Origin: Deltaproteobacteria bacterium HGW-Deltaproteobacteria-19
GTDB taxonomy: Bacteria; Desulfobacterota; Syntrophia; Syntrophales; PHBD01
Assembly: GCA_002841865.1 (NCBI GenBank)
Contig: PHBD01000001.1
Coordinates: 151,001-215,000, forward strand
Direction: 5' to 3'
DNA: 64,000 bases
Positions 7,111 to 16,349 of the stretch are shown piece by piece (within the stretch, counting starts at the first letter, position 1; each line of letters starts with the position of its first letter). The notes below the pieces were generated by a model that saw nothing but the letters and a program-made list of their open reading frames with translations, ran no database searches and had not been told where the DNA came from. A program made the translations under genes and the position numbers.

Positions 7111-9363
7111 ATGGGAAGAGCGATGGGGGATAAAACCAAAAGCTCGAAACGAGCGTTCCGGCTGACAGGCTTTCTGGCATGCCTGTTTCTTATTTCTGTG
7201 TCACATTTGCCGGTTTCCGCTGCGGAGCCGCCGGGAATCGTGGTCGGCCGCATCTACCATGCTGAGGGAAGCCTGCTTCGCTTCGTTCCGGAGGAGAATG
7301 ACTGGGTGGCCGCCGTGAAGGATGCGCCCTTCGGTGTGGAGGATGTGCTCTTCACCGGAAGCCGTGGAATGGCCGAACTGATCGTTCCCAACGGGGCTCG
7401 GATCCGAATCGGGAATGCCACGCAGATCCAGTTCATTTCCCTTACCCCGGACGTGTCTGAAATCGAAGTCGCCTCGGGCGTTGCCCGGTTCTACAATAAA
7501 GGAACCGGAACGATCATCAAGGCCGTTACTCCCTTCGGTTATGCCCTGGCCGATCCCGATACCGTCTTCGACCTGTATGCAGGCGAGGCTTCTGTCGAAG
7601 TTGTTGCACTCAAAGGGCATGTACGTTTTGTCCACGCGGCGACCAATTCGAGATACGACGTGGAGGCTGGTTTTCCATCCATCCTGGCTGATCAGAGCAA
7701 GGTTTCTTACGGAGATGGGAAAATCGACCCGGATTGGGGTCGCTGGAACGCCACCCGGGAAGACTTCTGGCGTGCAAAGGCCGGAATGGGCGGGCAAGCG
7801 GCGGAATATCTGCCACCCGGCCTCCGGTATGACAACAATATTTTCGAAGAATATGGCAACTGGGAGAGGGTTTCTTACGAAGGTGCGGATCGCTGGTTCT
7901 GGCGACCCACGGTCGTGGCTGGGGGTTGGTCGCCCTTCACGGTGGGGCGATGGACCTACTGGTACGGTGATCAGACCTGGATCCCGGTTGAGCCTTTCGG
8001 CTACATCACCCACCATTACGGGAATTGGGTCTATATAAGAAACCGGTGGTACTGGGCGCCTCCGATCGTCAGCGGCCGCATGGGATCTTCGCTTCTCGAT
8101 GTGGGCTTCTTCTGGTTTCCGGGAAGGGTATCCTGGATTCATCGCGGAACCCACGTCGGATGGGTACCGCTGGCACCCCGTGAAAATTACTACTGCCATC
8201 GCGATTGGGGTGGTCCCCGCACGGTGGTGATCGGCACGGCGAATGTCTCCCGTTTCCGAAGCAGCACCCGGGATTATGCGTACATAGGCCAGGCCGTTGT
8301 GGTGGATCGAAAGCACTACTATGCCGGCAGCAATTACAGCCGCGTCCGCGTAACCGGCCTCAAGCCATCCAGGCTCCTCAACGACTATCGGACGGCGGCG
8401 GCCATTGACATCAAGGTAATCGGCAGCATCGCGCAGAACAGACAGCGCTATAATTTCGCAAACATCAAGGTGAACGAGAAGCCTCATGCCACCGCGATCG
8501 ACAGGATTCGGCGGAATCGTCCGGCCGCAAACGAGAGCGGGAGAGGGGATGCAGCCCTGCTCCAGAAGCAAGTGATGCAGCTTCCGGAGGGAAGAGTCGA
8601 TGATGGGGATCGTGTCGAACAGCCGCGGGGCATGAACTACGTCGTTCCGGCCGGCGAAGTGAATCGTCCGAGGTCCGATTTAAGGCTTCAACAGAGGACT
8701 ATCAAAGGGAGAAAAGAAGGTGTATCGCAAGTTCCGCCCGATCAGGGCAACGGAAGGGAAGTGCTCAGCCCGGCAAGATCCGTTCCGACAAAACAAACCA
8801 GGGCGGTTAGAAAGCCTTTTCTTCAGCCGGAGAAAGCCGAACCGGAGCGTCCTCTTTCTGTAACGCCGGCCAAGCCGGTACTTCAGCAAAAGCCAGGCCG
8901 GAAGGCGCCGGCCCGCGCGGTCCCCGCCCCCGTACGCCCGTCTCAAACCATACAGACGATAACGCCCAAGACCTCGACTTCCGTGCAGCCGCGTCAACCC
9001 GACAGGACAAGAAGTGAGCGGGCGCTACCGGTTAAGAAACGAGAGCAGCAGGAGAAACTCGTTCTCCCCTCCGGATCAAAGCCGGCAACCCCTACACGGC
9101 CCGCTCAGACGGAGCGGACAAGGCAGGATCGCCTGACACCGGCCGTTTCCGATCGCCAGAAGCAACCCGGCTCGGTCAAAAAACCCGAGGTGAAGGAAAC
9201 AACACCCGTAAAACCGCTTCCCCAGCGTTTGGCACCTTCCAAGCCCGCAAAACCGGAGAAGAAGAAGACGGATGATCCGACTCCAGCGAGACAAGACCAG
9301 CCGGACAAACCCGATCAACAGCATGAGCGTGATCGGACGAAGACCCAACCATATAGCCGTTGA
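7111..9363 (+). CDS. Secreted FecR-like / DUF6600-type protein with Pro/Lys/Gln-rich tail
   Basis: Signal peptide (FLACLFLISVSHLPVSAAE); FecR-like beta region (LFTGSRGMAELIVPNGARIRIG); W/G/P-rich YGNW...WRP...GWSPF..GRW...W.P.EPFG.ITHHYG.W...W.W.P segment; low-complexity C-terminus. GAGGA RBS supports ATG 7111. Confidence 0.75.
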   Translation: MGRAMGDKTKSSKRAFRLTGFLACLFLISVSHLPVSAAEPPGIVVGRIYHAEGSLLRFVPEENDWVAAVKDAPFGVEDVLFTGSRGMAELIVPNGARIRIGNATQIQFISLTPDVSEIEVASGVARFYNKGTGTIIKAVTPFGYALADPDTVFDLYAGEASVEVVALKGHVRFVHAATNSRYDVEAGFPSILADQSKVSYGDGKIDPDWGRWNATREDFWRAKAGMGGQAAEYLPPGLRYDNNIFEEYGNWERVSYEGADRWFWRPTVVAGGWSPFTVGRWTYWYGDQTWIPVEPFGYITHHYGNWVYIRNRWYWAPPIVSGRMGSSLLDVGFFWFPGRVSWIHRGTHVGWVPLAPRENYYCHRDWGGPRTVVIGTANVSRFRSSTRDYAYIGQAVVVDRKHYYAGSNYSRVRVTGLKPSRLLNDYRTAAAIDIKVIGSIAQNRQRYNFANIKVNEKPHATAIDRIRRNRPAANESGRGDAALLQKQVMQLPEGRVDDGDRVEQPRGMNYVVPAGEVNRPRSDLRLQQRTIKGRKEGVSQVPPDQGNGREVLSPARSVPTKQTRAVRKPFLQPEKAEPERPLSVTPAKPVLQQKPGRKAPARAVPAPVRPSQTIQTITPKTSTSVQPRQPDRTRSERALPVKKREQQEKLVLPSGSKPATPTRPAQTERTRQDRLTPAVSDRQKQPGSVKKPEVKETTPVKPLPQRLAPSKPAKPEKKKTDDPTPARQDQPDKPDQQHERDRTKTQPYSR

Positions 9364-9549
9364 TGGCCCAGGGGTTATGTTCCTCTCCTTTTCAGCGGGA
9401 TGGGCACTTGTGTTTTTGTCATTTTTTTTAATCGGCGGTGGCGTTGTTTTTCAATGCGGAACGAGGGACTGCAATCGAGGCCGGAAAGTTATTCCCAGGG
9501 TGGTGGGCGCAGGCCTTACCACATTTCTGTGCAGCTATGAGGAGGAAAA

Positions 9550-9708
9550 ATGGAGACGGCGGCTTTAGTTATAAGCCTTCTTTTCATGGTTCTTGCCATT
9601 GCCATTATCGTGGGCATTTCAAGGTGGGTATTCAGGATCAACGATATCATCGGCCGGATGGATAAAGTAATCGAATTGCTCGAAAGACAAATCCGCCTGC
9701 GGGAATAG
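9550..9708 (+). CDS. 52-aa single-pass membrane protein
   Basis: Not in the ORF track. GGAGG RBS at 9541; METAALVISLLFMVLAIAIIVGISRWVFRINDIIGRMDKVIELLERQIRLRE; TM helix followed by a short coiled-coil. Confidence 0.6.
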   Translation: METAALVISLLFMVLAIAIIVGISRWVFRINDIIGRMDKVIELLERQIRLRE

Positions 9709-9735
9709 GCCGAACAGACAAAGAAAGCGGGTCTG

Positions 9736-10545
9736 TTACTCACACTCGATGATATCAAATCCGTCGCAGCCCCGAATGCCGCAGGTCTTGTCGTCACCGA
9801 TCACATACGTGGGAGTCATGTATCCGATGTCATAGGCGATTTTCCATGTCCTGGCCTGCCTGAAGCCGTTGATCTGGCAGAAGCGGTCTGCGGCAGGTTT
9901 CTGGCAGGACTGGCTCCAGTGCAGGCAAATGTCAACGCGATGCCCGCGATACATCGGTTTATTGAAGATCCTGGACGCCGCCGGCTGCCTGACCGCCTCT
10001 TTCGTGATCGGGGGCGTCGAGACGCCGAGCTTCAGCAGGTCGGCAATGGTTGCCGTCTTGGCAATGTCGCCGCGTGCCGATCCAACCACTTTTGCTGTTC
10101 TCGTGTCGATCGCTTTGCACGAAACGCGGATGCTGTCTCCGAAAGGAGTAATGGTCCCCGCAATGATGACGTCGGCGCCGGCCAGTTTGCCGATTTTCTT
10201 GATTGCACTGGGATCCATCAGACCCGACATCGAAAGCTTCTGCTCTTCAAGGAGCCGTTTGATGTGATTGCGGTCGAGAACGTCGAAGGTGGAGGACTGG
10301 GAAGTCATGTTGCCCGACATTTCTTCGGCAATGAATCTCCCGAGTTCGTTTACCTGACCCTGAAGGTCCGTAAAATCGACCACAGCGATCGATTTTTTCC
10401 CCGACTTGCTGATACTGGAAGCGAGAATGGAAGACAGATTGGCTATCTCCCGTTCATAGGAGGATGCGGAAGATGGAAGCAAAAGCATGAGCGATGCGAT
10501 CAGGGAAAAAAGGATGCCAATCAAGCCGTATTTTCGGATGATCAT
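9736..10545 (-). CDS. Secreted CsgG/FlgO(FlgT)-like domain protein with C-terminal 6-Cys domain
   Basis: AGGAG RBS at ATG 10545; signal peptide; SIAVVDFTDLQG...LGRFIAEE...FDVLDRNHIKRLLEEQKLSMSGL.D......IGKL.GAD.II.G typical of CsgG/TolB-N-like domains; Cys-rich tail. Confidence 0.8.
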   Translation of the reverse strand: MIIRKYGLIGILFSLIASLMLLLPSSASSYEREIANLSSILASSISKSGKKSIAVVDFTDLQGQVNELGRFIAEEMSGNMTSQSSTFDVLDRNHIKRLLEEQKLSMSGLMDPSAIKKIGKLAGADVIIAGTITPFGDSIRVSCKAIDTRTAKVVGSARGDIAKTATIADLLKLGVSTPPITKEAVRQPAASRIFNKPMYRGHRVDICLHWSQSCQKPAADRFCQINGFRQARTWKIAYDIGYMTPTYVIGDDKTCGIRGCDGFDIIECE

Positions 10546-10575
10546 TGTTTTTTCTCCTGTCAGCAATGTTACAGC

Positions 10576-10604
10576 ATCATAAGAAAGACTTCTCAATTTG
10601 TCAA
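10576..10604 (-). promoter_or_regulatory. sigma70 promoter
   Basis: Minus strand TTGACA-N17-TATGAT, 30 nt upstream of ATG 10545. Confidence 0.75.
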
Positions 10605-10811
10605 AAGTAATCATGGTGTTCGGTCAACAGGAAAAGTGGTTCACCATGAGCATCGACAGGGGGGACGCTATCTTCATGATAGCTTTCTCTGTTATATCCA
10701 ATTATAAATGTATTGACATTTATGCAAAGTTTGACATAAGCACCTCTTACATCCGTTCTGGAAGGTCTTCCTTTTCCATTTATGTGTTCATAACCTCTGG
10801 AACGTGATTCA

Positions 10812-10856
10812 GAAAGCCCGGCCATGAAGGGAACATGGTCCGGGCTTTCGCTTTTT
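10812..10856 (+). terminator. Intrinsic terminator-like hairpin
   Basis: GAAAGCCCGG-CCATG...CATGG-T-CCGGGCTTTC followed by GCTTTTT. Confidence 0.6.
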
Positions 10857-11308
10857 CATGCGATCCTAATCTTTTAAAATACATGGAACGACGAAGTATT
10901 GTACTAACATCGCAAGAAACAATTATTGAACTGCATTTTCCGCGGCGGCAGGCATGACACGATCACAAAAACACCCTCCGGCTTCAATCATCCGCAAGGC
11001 AGTGAATATGCACGCGACTGCCGGAACAGGCAGCGCAATCGTCCCCGCTTCCTGACAGCCCGCTCCTGCTGGCTTCGTCTCTCACCATAGAATGCCTCGA
11101 CCCCGGAAACACCGCACTGCATCGGATTTCCTTATTTGAAGATACAAATTCCGGTGAAGAATCTGAAATTGTCCGAATGCCTTTCGGGAAGAATTGCCGA
11201 AAGATTTTTCAGACTGCATCGTATGGCTTCAATCCTTTTCTCCTGCCATCAATAATCCGGAGCATCAAGAGCATGAAGAAAACGGATGCCCGGAAAGAAG
11301 GTTGAAAC

Positions 11309-11722
11309 GTGGAGATCAGGTTTAAAATCTGGGTGGAAAATGACGGCGTCACCCTGTTTGGCCATGGAGTGGAAGAACTGCTGAAAGGCATCGATGAATG
11401 TAGAAGCCTCTTTGCCGCCGCCAAGAAGCTGAAAATGTCCTATCGGGCGGCCTGGGGAAAAATCAAAGACGCCGAAAAACGCACGGGGATGCAACTTGTC
11501 GTCACCAACGGCCGCAAGGGAATGCACCTGACAGAGAATGCGCAAAGAATCATTATGGAATTCGCAAAATTGGAAAACAACGTAAATGAATTACTTCATA
11601 ATTGCAGCAATTCATTGCCGATTCAGGATCGTGAGAGCCTGCAGAACACATCCGCGACTCGTCCCGCCCCCCAAACACTGGAGCATTCCCGCCTTCATAT
11701 GCCTCACAGGGCATATGCATAA
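11309..11722 (+). CDS. ModE-family winged-helix regulator (DNA-binding domain only)
   Basis: KIWVENDG..LFG.G...LL..IDE..SL..AAKKL.MSYRAAWGKIK.AE matches the ModE N-terminal wHTH; GTG start; no C-terminal Mop/TOBE domains. Confidence 0.85.
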   Translation: MEIRFKIWVENDGVTLFGHGVEELLKGIDECRSLFAAAKKLKMSYRAAWGKIKDAEKRTGMQLVVTNGRKGMHLTENAQRIIMEFAKLENNVNELLHNCSNSLPIQDRESLQNTSATRPAPQTLEHSRLHMPHRAYA

Positions 11723-11765
11723 AATTGCATAACCTACTGATATTATTATTTATTTCTGCTTGACA
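11714..11765 (+). promoter_or_regulatory. Inverted repeat TATGCA-N6-TGCATA and -35-like TTGACA upstream of the oxidoreductase operon
   Basis: Repeat at 11714-11731; TTGACA at 11760-11765; no good -10 hexamer found. Confidence 0.4.
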
Positions 11766-11942
11766 ATTTCTCCGTGAAGGCATACGCAACAGTCGTCCGG
11801 TTCACAGGAACTGAAACCGGATCTCAGGTGTCGCCCTCGCCGGGCGGCAGAAAGATTGGGCATCGACTTTATTGCGGAGCGGCCGGAGAGCAGCGGATCC
11901 GTCCCTATCCCCGGAACGCAAGATTGCAGAGGAGGTTACAGC

Positions 11943-14522
11943 ATGAAAGACAAGTTTGAGATGCCAAGACGAAGATTTTTACAGATGACCGGTGCAATCG
12001 GGATCGCCACCGCGATGACGGCTTTTCCCTTCCGAAACCTGCAATCGGCATGGGCGTTCGGAGATCATCCGCAGGAACAGCTTCCCTACCGGATCACGAA
12101 GAAGGTCCCACAGGTCTGTGCAAGGGCCTGTGAAGCCGACTGCGCCTACTATGTCGTCATGGGCGTGGACCCGGCTACGGGCCTGGAGAGGGCCATCACA
12201 CTGGAAGGACGGCCGGAGGATCCCGTTTCAAACGGGAAATTCTGCATCAAGGGCATGGGGTTCGTCGATTCGCTGTACGATCCGGACCGCCTGATGGTCT
12301 CGCTGAAGCGGACCAATCCCGTCAAGGGAACGGACGTGGATCCGGGCTGGATCACCATGAAGACGGCAGACGCGGTGAACGAAGTCATCGCCGGCCTCAA
12401 GAAGCTGAAGCCAGAGGAGATTCTCTTCGCATCCCCCGGTGACCCCTATACGAACAGGCTCTGCCAGTCCATCGGGGCCACCCGGAGCGACCAGCGGACG
12501 GAATGCTTCGGTACCCATTACTACATCAACTGCCTGACGCTGACCAATCCGCCCAACAAGTTCTATTCCAGCTGCTATACCCCCAGCCATCACGTTTGCG
12601 GGTATGACTTCGACAAGTCAAAGTACCAGGTATGGTTCGGATTCGACTCTTTCTCCAAGTGCGGCAAGGCGGGTATGCTCAACCACTGGGCCGCTGGAAA
12701 GAGGAACGGCTGCAAGATCGTCATGTTCAACCCTGTCCGGACGCCTATGGCGGACGGTTATGCCAGCGAGACCTATGGCATCAAGCCGGGGACCGACCTT
12801 GCCGTGGCATTGGCCATGATCCGCACGATCCTGGCGGGCAAGAAGTACAATGCCTCTTTCGTAAAGAAGTACTCGGACGCAACCGCCCTGGTCGATGTGA
12901 ATGGGCGCGTCGCCCTGAAAACGGATGACGGGCAGTTTCTTGCCTGGTGCAGCAGGCACAGGAAGGCCGAGCCGATCGACGACTGCGATGCCCCGGTCCT
13001 TACAAGCGGTCCCTTCAAGGTGTCCATCGGTGGCAAAACGATTGTCGCCAAACCGGTCCTGCAGATCCTGACGGAGACGACCAGCACCTACACGTCCGAA
13101 TGGGCCGCCAGGATCAGCGGGGTGCCAGCCAAGGCGATCAGCAGGATTGCCCTGGAATTTGCAGCAGCCGCGCCCTACTCCATGGTCCCGACCTACAAGC
13201 GCGACGCCGCAGGACCCAACTATGCCAATAGCTGGCGTCTCCGCCACGCTATCAATATTCTCAACACCCTGTCCGGCTCGATCGACCACGAAGGCGGTAT
13301 TCTGCTCCTCCACGGCGTGAAGATCCCCTGGATCGACGAACTGGCTCCACCGGTGGTTCCCTATCCGGAGCAACCAGCCAAGTCCGTCGATTTTCGTGAT
13401 GAATTCCCGGTAACAAATGACATTTACCGGAAAAAGGATTTCTCCGCGCCGGGCCATTACGGAATGGTCGGCTGGGGTCTCTACAAGACGAACCGGGCCA
13501 AGGCGGTCTTCTTCCGGAATCCCCACCGGGGGCTCTTCGCCATGATTCAGCCGCAGATGCTGGAAAAGGCTGCGGACAAGATGCAGATGGTCGTCGACTG
13601 GAACCTCTACCTGGATGATCTTGGATACTTCTGCGACTACGTCATTCCGGCCCCGCACCAGTTCGAGGAGGGCAAGCTCGACCTGCGCCTCTACTACCCG
13701 AAGTATCCCTGCCTCGCCGGCGGCGTCCCGGTCCAGAAATCGCCCGGCGATCAGATCGGCTGGGGCGGATTCGCCGCCAAGATAGGCCTGGCCATGGCGC
13801 CAAAATATTGGACCACCGACGGGAGCAGCGATCCCAAAAAGCTGATCCCCACGAACATGGGCGATGTGGCTGTCAAAAATATGGGGGCTGCGGAGAATGC
13901 AGCCGATTTCAACAAGAAGGGGGCGTTCTGGATCGACAGGAAACCCTACGAAAACTACAAGCAGATCGAAGAGATCGGTTACGGACGGCCCAAGGGGAGG
14001 GTACGGATGTACATCGACGAATTCTCCCAGGTAGGTCATGAACCGCTGCCGGTCTGGGCAAAGCGATGGCATGATTCTACGGGGGATTACAAGTTTTCTC
14101 TCCTGATCACACGCGCCCCCTGGCACATGCACGCCGACCCGAACTTCATCAACAATCCCGTCATGAAGGAGATTACGGTCAGGAATCACATGGAATGCAT
14201 CTGGATGAACCCGGAGGCAGGCAGGAAACTGGGCCTGAAGGAAGGGGACATGGTGATCCTGGAAAACGATCCCAATTACATGAAGGATCTTCCCAGGCCG
14301 CAGAAGGCAAAGCTGCATCTGACAAATCGCGTTGTCCGGCAGGATTGCATCCTGACCTTCCACGGAATCGGCCACCGGGCAAAAAATCTTCGGCATGCCA
14401 AGGATTTCGGTTACCGGGATGGAGATCTGATTCCGCAGAAAGATCCCAACATCGTCAAGAAACACGATCCTACCGGGATGGGTTGGGTGGAAGACGTCTA
14501 TGTCAGCGTCAGAAAAGCATAA
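11943..14522 (+). CDS. Tat-exported molybdopterin (Mo/W-bisPGD) oxidoreductase catalytic subunit, Psr/Phs/Arr-like but divergent
   Basis: GAGGAGG RBS; twin-arginine signal PRRRFLQ...AWA; N-terminal Fe-S motif CARACEADC...CIKG; DPDRL..; IKPGTDLAVALAMI; likely Cys ligand in QRTECFG; VVDWNLYLDD...DYVIP; C-terminal molydop-binding region (WMNPEAGRKLGLKEGD.V). Confidence 0.9.
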   Translation: MKDKFEMPRRRFLQMTGAIGIATAMTAFPFRNLQSAWAFGDHPQEQLPYRITKKVPQVCARACEADCAYYVVMGVDPATGLERAITLEGRPEDPVSNGKFCIKGMGFVDSLYDPDRLMVSLKRTNPVKGTDVDPGWITMKTADAVNEVIAGLKKLKPEEILFASPGDPYTNRLCQSIGATRSDQRTECFGTHYYINCLTLTNPPNKFYSSCYTPSHHVCGYDFDKSKYQVWFGFDSFSKCGKAGMLNHWAAGKRNGCKIVMFNPVRTPMADGYASETYGIKPGTDLAVALAMIRTILAGKKYNASFVKKYSDATALVDVNGRVALKTDDGQFLAWCSRHRKAEPIDDCDAPVLTSGPFKVSIGGKTIVAKPVLQILTETTSTYTSEWAARISGVPAKAISRIALEFAAAAPYSMVPTYKRDAAGPNYANSWRLRHAINILNTLSGSIDHEGGILLLHGVKIPWIDELAPPVVPYPEQPAKSVDFRDEFPVTNDIYRKKDFSAPGHYGMVGWGLYKTNRAKAVFFRNPHRGLFAMIQPQMLEKAADKMQMVVDWNLYLDDLGYFCDYVIPAPHQFEEGKLDLRLYYPKYPCLAGGVPVQKSPGDQIGWGGFAAKIGLAMAPKYWTTDGSSDPKKLIPTNMGDVAVKNMGAAENAADFNKKGAFWIDRKPYENYKQIEEIGYGRPKGRVRMYIDEFSQVGHEPLPVWAKRWHDSTGDYKFSLLITRAPWHMHADPNFINNPVMKEITVRNHMECIWMNPEAGRKLGLKEGDMVILENDPNYMKDLPRPQKAKLHLTNRVVRQDCILTFHGIGHRAKNLRHAKDFGYRDGDLIPQKDPNIVKKHDPTGMGWVEDVYVSVRKA

Positions 14523-14531
14523 GCGAGGTGA

Positions 14532-15245
14532 ATGACGATGAAAGAATATGCGATCCTGCTCGACAATACGTTCTGCACCGGCTGCAACAGTTGCGCATAC
14601 CGGTGTATCCAGGAGTTCCGATATCACGACCAGGCGTCGAAGGGTCTTTTCAGGACCTTCGTTTCGATCAACGACGGCGGTCTCTACCAGAAACGGTGCA
14701 TGCACTGTATCGACCCGCAGTGCGTCAAGAACTGTCCGGTCAAGGCCCTGACCAAGTCGGATTATGGACCGGTTCTCTACGATGCGAAGGTCTGCATCGG
14801 CTGCCAGACCTGCGTCCGGGTCTGCCCGTTCCATGTCCCGCTGTTCGATGAAATGACGAAGAAAATCGTCAAGTGCAGTCTCTGCGCCCAGCGGCTGGGC
14901 AGCGGGAAGCAGCCGGCCTGTGTTGAAGTCTGTCCGACCGGGGCGTTGCAGTTCGGCGAATACGGGGCGATGAAGACCCTGGCTTTGAAACGGGCCAAAG
15001 AAAAGAAACTCAAACTGTACGGCTACGACGAGAGCGGCGGGACTCATGTATTCGTCCTCGCCAAGGAAGATCCCGTGGCGGCCGGCTATCCGAAAGTACA
15101 GAAGAAGGCGCTGAAAGGCGGGAGGGCTTCCCTGGACGGAGGCCTCGGCGTGCCCGCCGTGGCGGTGCTGGCCGTGACCGGCATGAAAAAGTTCAGCGAG
15201 CGGCGCGCCCGCATCGAGGCGGAAACGAGAAAAGAAAAATCCTGA
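14532..15245 (+). CDS. 4x[4Fe-4S] electron-transfer subunit (FdnH/HybA/DmsB-like) with hydrophobic C-tail
   Basis: CTGCNSCAYRC, CMHCIDPQCVKNCP, CIGCQTCVRVCP, CSLC...PACVEVCP; C-terminal LGVPAVAVLAVTG followed by basic residues. Confidence 0.92.
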   Translation: MTMKEYAILLDNTFCTGCNSCAYRCIQEFRYHDQASKGLFRTFVSINDGGLYQKRCMHCIDPQCVKNCPVKALTKSDYGPVLYDAKVCIGCQTCVRVCPFHVPLFDEMTKKIVKCSLCAQRLGSGKQPACVEVCPTGALQFGEYGAMKTLALKRAKEKKLKLYGYDESGGTHVFVLAKEDPVAAGYPKVQKKALKGGRASLDGGLGVPAVAVLAVTGMKKFSERRARIEAETRKEKS

Positions 15246-15261
15246 TGTTGAACGGAAGGCG

Positions 15262-15297
15262 TTCCCCGGGCCGAGTGAAAGAAGCCGGCCCGGGGAA
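15262..15297. terminator. GC-rich intergenic stem-loop (no clear U-tract)
   Basis: TTCCCCGGGCCG pairs with CGGCCCGGGGAA; lies between the Fe-S subunit and chaperone genes. Confidence 0.5.
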
Positions 15298-15384
15298 TCC
15301 GAATATCCCTCCGGTGCCGCGCATGGACATCGATGCCGGAAGGTACGTTTTCACTGGGAACAATTCTTCGGAAAGGACACCATC

Positions 15385-16044
15385 ATGACCGCAGACAATA
15401 AAATAATTCTGGATCTGGAAGCCAGGGCAACCGTTTTCTCCCTTCTGGCCCAGGCCTTCAACTATCCCGACCGCGAACTGATCGCAAGCCTCCGCAAGGG
15501 GGAGTTTCCCGCCGCCCTTCGTTCCGCCGTCGGCTGTTTTCAGAATGCCGCATCCGTGTCCAAGGAAGTTGCAGCCATCGAAAAAGAATACGTCGCTTCC
15601 GCCCGGACGGATGACGCAGTGCTTCTGGATCTGGAAAAAGACTACACCAACATGTTCTTTTCCTCCAAACCGCGGCTGGTCTATCTATTTGAATCCGTAT
15701 ACAACGAGGGCAAGCTTCTCCAGGATTCGACCTTCCAGATCGCAAGGCTGTACTATGATGCCGGCCTCAGGCCTGCCGAGCATTTTAAATTGCCGCCGGA
15801 CCACATCGCGGTGGAATTCGAGTTCATGTCCTATTTATATTTCAACGAGATCAAAGCAATCGAAACGAACAACCTGAAGAATGCGGACTTCGCCCGAAAG
15901 CTGCAGGACGATGTCATGAACAACCACCTGGCATCCTTCGGACGTACGCTCGCAGAAAAGGTGGCGTTGCACGGGAAGACGGTATTTTACAAAGAGATTG
16001 GCAAAATAACCGCTTTTGTTCTTGCAAAGGCCCAATCCCGATGA
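15385..16044 (+). CDS. TorD/DmsD family redox enzyme maturation chaperone
   Basis: LFESVY and PPDHIAVEFEFM motifs (E/P-x-D-H-x-x-x-E-x-x-F); AAGGA RBS; follows the Mo enzyme genes. Confidence 0.9.
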   Translation: MTADNKIILDLEARATVFSLLAQAFNYPDRELIASLRKGEFPAALRSAVGCFQNAASVSKEVAAIEKEYVASARTDDAVLLDLEKDYTNMFFSSKPRLVYLFESVYNEGKLLQDSTFQIARLYYDAGLRPAEHFKLPPDHIAVEFEFMSYLYFNEIKAIETNNLKNADFARKLQDDVMNNHLASFGRTLAEKVALHGKTVFYKEIGKITAFVLAKAQSR

Positions 16045-16349
16045 TTTCGTAAAAACGCTACACCTGCATTCATTACCGTTCCATCCTTAAACGGATCTGA
16101 CAGGCCATCACGTCCCGCCTCCGGACGATCAGCGAAAAATCCGGGATCTTTCGTCCGTATTCTATATCTGTGTCCAACCTGCCCATCAGACTTTTTTATC
16201 TCTCCCATCATCCTGAAGAAAGAATTTAATGAAACAAAAGCTACTCCATCATATAATGGCGGAAATGCAGCTATTAGCATTTTAACAAGCGATTGGTGAT
16301 GAACCGAGATACAGGATGACCTTTCTGACAGTGAGGGAGGGACTGACCA

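Noticed and set aside
11790-11942. Possible Moco/Tuco riboswitch in the oxidoreductase leader
   Set aside because: Hairpins exist (TCCGGTT...AACCGGA), but I could not find the conserved Moco-RNA sequence elements.
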